From: a virus
Taxonomy: Duplodnaviria; Caudoviricetes
Virus record (IMG/VR): IMGVR_UViG_3300027581_000011
Span: 1-43,978 of that record
Direction: 5' to 3' (one strand)
DNA: 43,978 nucleotides
Shown piece after piece: positions 16,112 through 23,510 of this stretch (within the stretch, counting starts at the first letter, position 1; every line of letters begins with the position of its first letter). A program made the position numbers and the translations under genes. Below the pieces are notes generated by a model, which did not search any database, was not told the origin of the DNA, and saw nothing but the letters and a program-made list of their open reading frames with translations.

Positions 16112-17440
16112 ATGGTGAGTAATATATCTAAGGCCCATTGGAATTCTGATGGGGATAATCTGCGTCTTTCAATGCCTTTTAGTAAGGTAGACAAAGAGCG
16201 ACGAATCGTATCTGGATTTGCATCCTTAGACAATCTTGACAAGCAAGATGATATTGTAACAGCAGAAGCATCAATGGAGGCATTTGCAAAATTCCGAGGG
16301 AACATTAGAGAAATGCATCAGCCACTAGCAGTAGGCAAGATGGTAAACTTTAAAGCAGAAAAGTATTTTGATCCAGACTCAAAGAAGTTTTATAACGGAG
16401 TCTTTGTATCAGCATATGTTTCAAAGGGTGCACAAGATACTTGGGAAAAAGTTTTAGACGGAACCCTTGCTGGTTTTTCTATTGGCGGAAGAATGAACAA
16501 GTGGGATGATGGGTTTGACGAGAAGTCAGACAAGGCAATTAGAATTATTAAGCAATACGATTTGATTGAGTTGAGTCTTGTAGATTCCCCAGCAAATCAG
16601 TTTGCAAATATTGTATCTGTTGAGAAGGTTAACGGAGTGGACATTATTAAGGCTGATGAAACAGTTTTAGAAAATGTTTTTTATGATAAGGAATCAGGAA
16701 TTGTAATGGTTTCAGAAAATGAATCAGAGGTAAGTCCAACTACTGGTGAACAAATGGCAAATATAGGTTTCGTTGAAAAAACGGATAATGAAAAGACAGA
16801 CATGATAAAATTCTTAGTTGATAGTGCTAAAGGCATTAATACTTCTAAGATTAACAAGGAGGTACAACCTATGACAAAATCAAAAACACAAGTTGAAAAG
16901 ACAAATGTAGTTGAAGACGTTGTGGTCGCTCCAGAGGCAGTTGCAGAAGTTACTGAAGAAATTGCCAAGGCAGAAGAGGTTGAAGCAACAGAAGTTGCTA
17001 AGACTGATGATGTTGTAGCAGAAGAGATTGTCAAGGCAGAAGATGCTCCAGCAGTCGAATTAGTAGTTGAAGCAGTTGTAGAAGTATCTAAGTCAGAAGA
17101 GGTAATTGCAGATGCAGTTACTGAAATGAAAAATACTCTAGAATCAGCCTTTAGCGATCTAGTGTCAACAGTAAAGTCTTTGCAAGCAGAAGTAGAACTT
17201 CTTAAGTCTTCAAAGGTAGATGTTGATACAGCAAAAAGTTCATTCGAAGCAGTTGCAAAAGATATTGCAACAGTTTCAAGTGAATTTAATGAATTTGGAA
17301 AACGAGTAGACGCTGTGGAAGCAGACACCGCATTCCGAAAGTCTGGAGATATCGGCGATATCTTTCAGAATCAACCTGAAACGGTTGAAAAATCCCTATG
17401 GGGCGGTAGTTTCCTCAAAACAGCCGATCTATTCAAATGA
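16112..17440 (+). CDS. prohead protease fused to acidic scaffold-like domain
   Basis: RIVSGFAS...D.Q.DIV, REMHQ, GFSIGG and ELSLVDSPANQ are HK97-type protease motifs; the C-terminal half is E/V/A/K-rich. The start is ATG 16112 or GTG 16115, after TATAAT 16103-16108. Confidence 0.88.
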   Translation: MVSNISKAHWNSDGDNLRLSMPFSKVDKERRIVSGFASLDNLDKQDDIVTAEASMEAFAKFRGNIREMHQPLAVGKMVNFKAEKYFDPDSKKFYNGVFVSAYVSKGAQDTWEKVLDGTLAGFSIGGRMNKWDDGFDEKSDKAIRIIKQYDLIELSLVDSPANQFANIVSVEKVNGVDIIKADETVLENVFYDKESGIVMVSENESEVSPTTGEQMANIGFVEKTDNEKTDMIKFLVDSAKGINTSKINKEVQPMTKSKTQVEKTNVVEDVVVAPEAVAEVTEEIAKAEEVEATEVAKTDDVVAEEIVKAEDAPAVELVVEAVVEVSKSEEVIADAVTEMKNTLESAFSDLVSTVKSLQAEVELLKSSKVDVDTAKSSFEAVAKDIATVSSEFNEFGKRVDAVEADTAFRKSGDIGDIFQNQPETVEKSLWGGSFLKTADLFK

Positions 17441-17463
17441 AAAAATCACTAGGAGGTGACAAT

Positions 17464-18597
17464 ATGTCAGAAGAAATAATCAAAAACCAGCCAGGCGAGA
17501 GTGCAAATCTAGGAGGAACAACTCCAGGTCTGTACCAAGGCCAAGGTGCTTTCGCATCAGGTGGAATTGGTGGAGTATCAAACCCAGGAGCAGACACACT
17601 GGGCAACATTCCAACAGCAACACTAGGATCTACAAGCGGAGCAAACGCTGTTAACCCTAGTGGTTCAGCCGCTTCTGGAATTTTGCGCCCCGAGCAGGCA
17701 CGTCGTTTTATCGACTATGTTTGGGATGCAACAGTATTAGCAAAGGATGGCCGTCGTGTAACAATGAAGGCTAATTCAATGGAACTTGAGAAGGTAAACG
17801 TCGGTGAGCGTGTAATCAGAGCAGCAGCGCAAGCAGTTGGTAACTACACAAACACAGGTGCAACATTCTCTAAGGTCGAACTTACTACCAAGAAGATTCG
17901 TCTTGATTGGGAAGTAACAGCAGAATCATTGGAAGATGGTGTAGAAGGTGACGCTCTAGAAGATCACTTAGTACGCTTGATGACCAACGCATTCGCAAAT
18001 GATATCGAAGATCTCGCTATCAATGGTGATGGTTCAACAGGTTCATTCTTGTCAATCATGCCAGGCTTTATCAACAAGGTAAAGACAAACAACGATGCAC
18101 ATGAGTCAGTAGTAACCGTAGCAGATAATGCTTGGACACCTGATGTAATGCAGGGCATCATCAATGCAATGCCACGTAAGTACCGTGCACTTAAGAACAA
18201 TCTTAAGTTCTACGCAGGTACAGATGCATTCGGCGGAATCGTTAAGAATAACGGTACACTCGCTGATGCAGTTGCAGAAGCATTCTCAGGCCAGATGCCA
18301 GGATCAACCCAGGCAAACCGCCAATCATACCTTGATGGTATCGGACAGACATTCGGTGGAGCACGTACAACTCGTGTTCTCGGAATTGAAGTTCAGGAAG
18401 TTCCTTACTACCCAGCAGACTATATCGATTTGACATTCCCTGCAAACCGTGTATGGGGATTCCAAAGAGACATCACTGTAAACCGTGAGTACGTAGCGAA
18501 GAAGGATACAATTGAATACACTGTATTCGTTCGCTTCGGAATCAACTGGGAAGAAGAGGATGCAATTGCATTCGCTGACGCTGCTTCAGATGCATAA
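17464..18597 (+). CDS. major capsid protein (HK97 fold)
   Basis: SD AGGAGGTG before ATG 17464. Contains GILRPEQARRFID, ELTTKKIRL..EVT.ESLED.VEG and EDLAINGD. Highly expressed codon usage; followed by a terminator. Confidence 0.9.
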   Translation: MSEEIIKNQPGESANLGGTTPGLYQGQGAFASGGIGGVSNPGADTLGNIPTATLGSTSGANAVNPSGSAASGILRPEQARRFIDYVWDATVLAKDGRRVTMKANSMELEKVNVGERVIRAAAQAVGNYTNTGATFSKVELTTKKIRLDWEVTAESLEDGVEGDALEDHLVRLMTNAFANDIEDLAINGDGSTGSFLSIMPGFINKVKTNNDAHESVVTVADNAWTPDVMQGIINAMPRKYRALKNNLKFYAGTDAFGGIVKNNGTLADAVAEAFSGQMPGSTQANRQSYLDGIGQTFGGARTTRVLGIEVQEVPYYPADYIDLTFPANRVWGFQRDITVNREYVAKKDTIEYTVFVRFGINWEEEDAIAFADAASDA

Positions 18598-18618
18598 TCT
18601 GTAAACAGTACCTTTAAT

Positions 18619-18658
18619 GGGGGGCGGGAGTTCACTCTCCTGTCCCCCTTAATACTTT
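18619..18658 (+). terminator. rho-independent terminator after the major capsid gene
   Basis: Stem GGGGGGCGGGAG / CTCCTGTCCCCC with loop TTCACT, followed by TTAATACTTT. Confidence 0.75.
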
Positions 18659-18660
18659 AA

Positions 18661-18669
18661 TGATATAAT
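18661..18669 (+). promoter_or_regulatory. extended -10 promoter TGATATAAT
   Basis: Exact motif right after the terminator; SD AAGGAGG precedes ATG 18689. Confidence 0.65.
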
Positions 18670-18688
18670 ACAAACAAGGAGGATACAA

Positions 18689-19114
18689 ATGGAAAATAAT
18701 AACCCGTTTTCAGAATACAAAGCAAAGATGCAAGAGAACCTTGATCAGCCAGTAGTTGAGACAGTAGTAGAGCCAGTTGTAGAGCCAGTAGTTGAACCAG
18801 TAGTTGAGGTAGCAGTCGAATCAGCAGTTGTCGAAGCACCAGCAGCAGAAGAGCCAGTTCAGTCACTAGGATTTACAGATACAGGTGCTATCGGATCAAT
18901 GGCAGCAGATGGTCCAAAGAGAGATATTAAGCCAGCACAAGGCCTTGGAGACAAGGTTGCCCTATACTCAACAAAGAACGTTCGTTGGGAAGAGGCAAAT
19001 GGAGCAGTTTATAGAGGCGTTAATATTGTAACAAAAGACCAAGCAGATAAGTGGCTAACTCGTTCACATGTTCGCATTGCAACACCCGAAGAAGTCCAAA
19101 AGAGTTTAGGGTAA
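18689..19114 (+). CDS. hypothetical head-associated protein with PVVE repeats
   Basis: Strong SD; lies between capsid and connector genes; acidic low-complexity N-terminal half. Confidence 0.7.
   Translation: MENNNPFSEYKAKMQENLDQPVVETVVEPVVEPVVEPVVEVAVESAVVEAPAAEEPVQSLGFTDTGAIGSMAADGPKRDIKPAQGLGDKVALYSTKNVRWEEANGAVYRGVNIVTKDQADKWLTRSHVRIATPEEVQKSLG
18749..18808 (+). repeat. 12-bp coding tandem repeat, 5 units ([P/T]VVE)
   Basis: ccagtagttgag acagtagtagag ccagttgtagag ccagtagttgaa ccagtagttgag. Confidence 0.85.
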
Positions 19115-19120
19115 TTAAAG

Positions 19121-20017
19121 ATGGAAATATTGAGAGTTTCGCCATATGCAGATATATCTGTTGATTTTGTAGTTCCTACGGGAATAACATCATCACCTAT
19201 AACTGTTACCATAACGGATATGGCGGATCTTTCAGTATCAACATTAAACTTTTTAAATAAATCAGCAGGAAATATTCTTGATATAACTTTACCAGGAAAC
19301 TACGATTCCTCTTATAGAGTCGAAATTGTTAAAAATCTTGGGGTAGTTGGAGAAGTAGTTCTTCAAGATGAAACCTATGAGATTGTAAGACCATATGTAG
19401 ACCCATCAAAGAAAGCAACAACAGCATCAGACATTTCAGCCTATGCCTTAAATGAAGAAATTGCAAGAGCAATTATAGATTCTATTGTTATTGAAGGATT
19501 TTATTACAAGAAGAAGGTTCTTCATTTTACGGGAACTGGAGCAGACTATCTGCCAATCTGGGACGACGTAAAGAAAATTTTAGCGGTATACGAAAACAAT
19601 AAACTAGTAGAGGATAGACAATACGAAGTATCGTCAGACAAGACAGCAATTATTGAAAAGTCCTCTGATAACATTAATCGTGCAGAATCTTCTCCACTAG
19701 TTTTGCCTGCAGCAGCATCAGATTCTTTAGATCCACAGTTTATCTATAGAGGGTTTGGCAAAACATGGGATTACCTAATAACTGTTGAGTATGGCCACAC
19801 ATCAGTACCATCAGACATCGTTAGAGCAACAGAGATACTAATCCATGACATAGAGTGTGGAAAGTTAGATTATTACAAGAGATTTATTTCTTCTTACAAC
19901 ACAGATCAATATAGAATTCAGTTTGATAAAGGTCTTTTCGAAGGAACAGGAAACATAATTGTAGACAAGATACTTTCAAAGTATACTAAGTCTATTACAA
20001 AACTTGGGGTGTTATAA
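19121..20017 (+). CDS. head-tail connector/adaptor protein
   Basis: The VEYGHTSVPSDIVRAT..L motif is typical of gp6/gp15-like adaptors; position after the capsid gene fits. Confidence 0.7.
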   Translation: MEILRVSPYADISVDFVVPTGITSSPITVTITDMADLSVSTLNFLNKSAGNILDITLPGNYDSSYRVEIVKNLGVVGEVVLQDETYEIVRPYVDPSKKATTASDISAYALNEEIARAIIDSIVIEGFYYKKKVLHFTGTGADYLPIWDDVKKILAVYENNKLVEDRQYEVSSDKTAIIEKSSDNINRAESSPLVLPAAASDSLDPQFIYRGFGKTWDYLITVEYGHTSVPSDIVRATEILIHDIECGKLDYYKRFISSYNTDQYRIQFDKGLFEGTGNIIVDKILSKYTKSITKLGVL

Positions 20018-20466
20018 TGACAATTTGTGAAACTCCAGACTTTATGTTTCCAATGCAGGCCTCCCTTTATCATCCAATTGTTGAGCAAGGAGATTTCGGA
20101 GCAATCAAAAAGCAATGGGTTTTAGATAGAACTTTTGCCTGTAGTTTTTCATCAGGAGGTTCAGCATTTAAAGAAGATGTAAAGCCAAATGTAAACATTA
20201 CCCAAAACTCACTTTTAGTTGGAAGAACAAAGTCAGACATAAGAATATCTTCAAGAGACAATAAAAATGCACTAACAAATATATTAGTAACAGACATAAG
20301 AGATCAAGAAGGAAACCTTATTTATATGGAGACTGCTGGTGTTCGAACTGGCAAACCAACTCTTTTTGAAATAGCAACCTGTGAACCCTTTGTCGGGCCA
20401 TTCGGAGTTGTTGAGTCATTCAAGTTAGTTATTAGAAGATCAGAAAATCAATCAGGTGACCTATGA
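20017..20466 (+). CDS. putative head closure (stopper) protein
   Basis: Synteny, size and a beta-rich sequence; translationally coupled. Confidence 0.55.
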   Translation: MTICETPDFMFPMQASLYHPIVEQGDFGAIKKQWVLDRTFACSFSSGGSAFKEDVKPNVNITQNSLLVGRTKSDIRISSRDNKNALTNILVTDIRDQEGNLIYMETAGVRTGKPTLFEIATCEPFVGPFGVVESFKLVIRRSENQSGDL

Positions 20467-21137
20467 AACCAGTCTATAACTCTAAGAAGTTTAAGAAGGA
20501 AATGAACAACATAATGAAGTATTCAGTTGGCTTCCTAGACGGTGTTCAAAAAGGAAAGACTCCATTCTTAAAATCTTTAGGAGTCGATGCAGTTGAAATA
20601 ATGAAGCAGTTCGTAGACTCAAATGCAAGAGTAAATCCATCAATGCTCCATCATATCTATGAATGGAACAGAACAGGAAGTCCAGCAGCAAGATTATACG
20701 ATATAAATTTTACAGTAAGCAACATTGGACTATCTTTTAAATCATCATTCCGTCAATCAGAATCAATCCAGGATGGATCAAAAACACCATTTTATGACAA
20801 GGCAAGAATTATTGAGAATGGACTTTCTGTAGTTATTAAGCCAAGATCATCAGAGGTCCTGGCTTTTGAAGAAGATGGAGAAATGGTGTTTACAAAAAAA
20901 CCAATTAGAGTTGCTAATCCTGGAGGCGTTGAAGCACAGGGTGGATTTGAACAAACTATGGATCTATTTTTTAATAAATATTTTTCACAATCATTCTTGA
21001 GAACTAGTGGAGTTGCACAATATCTTGAAAACCCAGTAGTATATAAAAAGAATTTAAGAGCAGGCAAAGCAAGAGGAAGAAGCAAAGGGCTTTCAACTGG
21101 ATACACTTGGGTTGCTAATGCAGGGGCAGGTGCATAG
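20463..21137 (+). CDS. putative neck/tail completion protein
   Basis: Basic protein in the gpZ/gp10-like position; ATGA overlap. Confidence 0.5.
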   Translation: MKPVYNSKKFKKEMNNIMKYSVGFLDGVQKGKTPFLKSLGVDAVEIMKQFVDSNARVNPSMLHHIYEWNRTGSPAARLYDINFTVSNIGLSFKSSFRQSESIQDGSKTPFYDKARIIENGLSVVIKPRSSEVLAFEEDGEMVFTKKPIRVANPGGVEAQGGFEQTMDLFFNKYFSQSFLRTSGVAQYLENPVVYKKNLRAGKARGRSKGLSTGYTWVANAGAGA

Positions 21138-21649
21138 TGGCTGCAGTAATCCATCATCCCCCAACAATTATTAATGCTTACTTGGCAGATAAGATAGGTC
21201 CAAGTTTTGGTTCCTCTGGAACAACTTATTTTTTCCCTACGCTACCTACTCAGATAGATGATCTTATAAACACATTCCCACAAAGTAATGGTGTTTTCGG
21301 TGTGTACGATAGAATGTTTAAAATGAGAAGAGAGGCTTTCCCATATATTAAGTGCGAGCAACTACTGTATTATTTTTATTCTGTAGGAGAGAATGCACAA
21401 AAGAATATGATCATAACCCAGCAACAGATAAGTGATCTTTTAGATCAAGCAGACGACTCAGCAAAAGACCTTAATGAGTGGGCAGCAGCAAACCCAGGAA
21501 CTTGGAATGCAGAGTCTAAGCCATTGTTCTTTCATACCTTCAAGATCTACCAACTAGAAGAAACAAGAGACATTGTGGACTTCGCTACAGCCCGTACTTA
21601 TGCGGGGAATAAGATAATCGTCGATTACGACTGGCATCCAAACCCTTAA
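21137..21649 (+). CDS. putative tail terminator protein
   Basis: Immediately upstream of the major tail gene; TAGTG overlap. Confidence 0.5.
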   Translation: MAAVIHHPPTIINAYLADKIGPSFGSSGTTYFFPTLPTQIDDLINTFPQSNGVFGVYDRMFKMRREAFPYIKCEQLLYYFYSVGENAQKNMIITQQQISDLLDQADDSAKDLNEWAAANPGTWNAESKPLFFHTFKIYQLEETRDIVDFATARTYAGNKIIVDYDWHPNP

Positions 21650-21656
21650 TAAAAGG

Positions 21657-21665
21657 TGTTATAAT
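21657..21665 (+). promoter_or_regulatory. extended -10 promoter TGTTATAAT for the major tail gene
   Basis: Exact motif preceded by AAAAGG; SD GAGGTG precedes ATG 21715. Confidence 0.65.
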
Positions 21666-21714
21666 TGTACTGAGGAAACAAGCCCTTTTTAATAAAATGA
21701 AAGAGGTGAGATAT

Positions 21715-22368
21715 ATGGCATACAGCCGTGGTTCAAGTAGTAACATCATCGTAGGTGCAGCAGCACTATTTACGCATGATGCAGGTCCAATCGGACTTGA
21801 TGTAGATGGAAAGATTACTGATACCCAAGCAGGTACAGATCTTCCAGTATTTACAGCAAGTGCAACATCATACAAGACAACACTGTCAGCAGATGATGCA
21901 TACACAAATATCGGTTACACATCAAATGGTCTAGAACTAGCGTTCGAACCAGATTTTGGTGAAGTAGCAGTAGATCAACTTCTCGACGTTGCTCGTTTAT
22001 TCAAGCAAGGTATGACAGTTAATCTAAATACATCTTTTGCAGAGGCAACACTAGAAAATCTTCTAGTAGCAATTGCAGCAGATGGTGGAGATTTATCTCC
22101 AGAGACAGCAGGTTTACAGACTCTTAAGATGTCAGCAGGCGACATTGGCGACGTTCCACTAGAGCGTGGTCTTGTAGCAGTAGGACCAGGTTCTGGTTCT
22201 GCAGCAGATCCAAAGGAAAGAATCTATGTTGCATACCGTGCACTTTCAATCGAAAGCGTAACAGTATCAGCAAAGCGTGATGAGGCTTCAATGTTTGAAG
22301 TATCATTCCGTCTCCTTCCAAACGATGACGCATCATACGGTAGAATCGTAGATCGTTCACTCGCATAA
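21715..22368 (+). CDS. major tail (tube) protein
   Basis: NIIVGAA, IGYTSNGLEL...PDFGEV.VDQ, FAEATLENL and R.EA..FEVSFRLL fit a siphovirus tail tube pattern; followed by a terminator. Start reassigned to ATG 21715. Confidence 0.85.
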   Translation: MAYSRGSSSNIIVGAAALFTHDAGPIGLDVDGKITDTQAGTDLPVFTASATSYKTTLSADDAYTNIGYTSNGLELAFEPDFGEVAVDQLLDVARLFKQGMTVNLNTSFAEATLENLLVAIAADGGDLSPETAGLQTLKMSAGDIGDVPLERGLVAVGPGSGSAADPKERIYVAYRALSIESVTVSAKRDEASMFEVSFRLLPNDDASYGRIVDRSLA

Positions 22369-22381
22369 TACAACTTAATAT

Positions 22382-22418
22382 GAGAGGCTCAATCCTTCGG
22401 GGTTGGGCCTTTCTGTTT
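22382..22418 (+). terminator. rho-independent terminator with cUUCGg tetraloop
   Basis: AGGCTCAATCC-TTCG-GGGTTGGGCCT followed by TTCTGTTT. Confidence 0.85.
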
Positions 22419-22426
22419 GGTATACT
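22418..22426 (+). promoter_or_regulatory. extended -10 promoter TGGTATACT (leaderless start at 22433)
   Basis: TATACT 22421-22426 lies 6 nt before ATG 22433; no SD. Confidence 0.65.
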
Positions 22427-22432
22427 TATATA

Positions 22433-23113
22433 ATGGCAACCAGCATATATCAAAAAAGAAAATTTTATTTTGTAGACAGAACAGAGATTATTGCTGCACC
22501 CCTTAAAATAAAATATCTTAGAGATTTCTTAGAGGAATTTGAACTAATCAAAAAAGCACAAACAGATAATGAGTCTATATCTGTTTTAGTTAATTGTGCT
22601 TTAATAGCAATGAAACAGTACGCCCCACACATCAACACAATAGAGGAACTTGAAGATAATTTAGACCTTCCAACAATCTATGAGGTTTTAGATATTGCAG
22701 CAGGAATTAAGATTAATCAAAAATCAGAAGAGTCTGTAAAGTCTCAAGCCGTAGAAAGCGGATCAACATGGGAAGCCTTAGACTTGGCAAAATTAGAATC
22801 AGAGGTTTTTGTACTTGGAATATGGAAGGACTATGAAGAACTGGAAGAGTCTTTATCTATGTCAGAACTAACTGCAACACTTGAAATAAAAAGAGAACTA
22901 GAATATAACGATAAGAAATTTTTTGCAGCAATGAAAGGTATTGATCTTGACAAACAATCTGGCAAAGGCAACGAGTGGGAAGACATGAAGGCCAGAGTCT
23001 TTAGCAAAGGCGCAACAACTGATGGAAGAGATATTCTGGCCCTGCAAGGTAAAAATGCAGAAAGGGCTGGTTTTGGAATAGGAAACGGTCTTACTTATGA
23101 GGTTTACGAATAG
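22433..23113 (+). CDS. tail assembly chaperone, long form (G-like domain + T-like extension in one frame)
   Basis: Lies between tail tube and TMP. The N-terminal ~95 aa are homologous to the next gene; a C-terminal extension follows (W..LDLAKLESEVF.LG.WK.YEELE). Confidence 0.65.
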   Translation: MATSIYQKRKFYFVDRTEIIAAPLKIKYLRDFLEEFELIKKAQTDNESISVLVNCALIAMKQYAPHINTIEELEDNLDLPTIYEVLDIAAGIKINQKSEESVKSQAVESGSTWEALDLAKLESEVFVLGIWKDYEELEESLSMSELTATLEIKRELEYNDKKFFAAMKGIDLDKQSGKGNEWEDMKARVFSKGATTDGRDILALQGKNAERAGFGIGNGLTYEVYE

Positions 23114-23133
23114 TCAAAAATAAGCCTGTCCTA

Positions 23134-23142
23134 TGGTATAAT
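23134..23142 (+). promoter_or_regulatory. extended -10 promoter TGGTATAAT
   Basis: Exact motif; SD AAGGAGG precedes ATG 23169. Confidence 0.65.
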
Positions 23143-23168
23143 TGACTAAACCTTATAAGGAGGAAATA

Positions 23169-23492
23169 ATGACTGCAAAAGTTGAAGATAAAGAAGAACT
23201 ACATCTTATCGACGGAACAAAGTTTGAAGTACGACCACTAAAAATCTCACTGCTAAAGCCATTCATGCAAAAGTTTAATGATTTGCAAGAAGTCGCAGAA
23301 GATAACGAAAAATCAATGAACGTTCTACTTGATTGCGTACAGATTGCATTCAAGCAGTATTTGCCTGCAATAGCAGACAACAGAGAGGCGATTGAGGAAA
23401 ATCTAGATCTTCCTACAGTCTATAAGATTATTGATGCTGCGTCAGGAATGAAACTGGCAGATGCAACAGGTCTTCTAAACTCAATCAAATAA
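23169..23492 (+). CDS. tail assembly chaperone, short form (gpG-like)
   Basis: Directly upstream of TMP. Shares PLKI..L..F, DNE.S..VL..C..IA.KQY.P.I and E.NLDLPT.Y..[IL]D.A.G.K with the upstream gene. Confidence 0.7.
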   Translation: MTAKVEDKEELHLIDGTKFEVRPLKISLLKPFMQKFNDLQEVAEDNEKSMNVLLDCVQIAFKQYLPAIADNREAIEENLDLPTVYKIIDAASGMKLADATGLLNSIK

Positions 23493-23510
23493 AGAAGAGG
23501 GTGTTAATGA

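Noticed and set aside
22403-23168. ORF-track upstream starts (14071, 16088, 17437, 21697, 22403, 23142, 33198, 40758)
   Set aside because: They fall inside terminators, promoters or upstream genes. Downstream starts fit the SD, leaderless spacing or stop/start coupling better.
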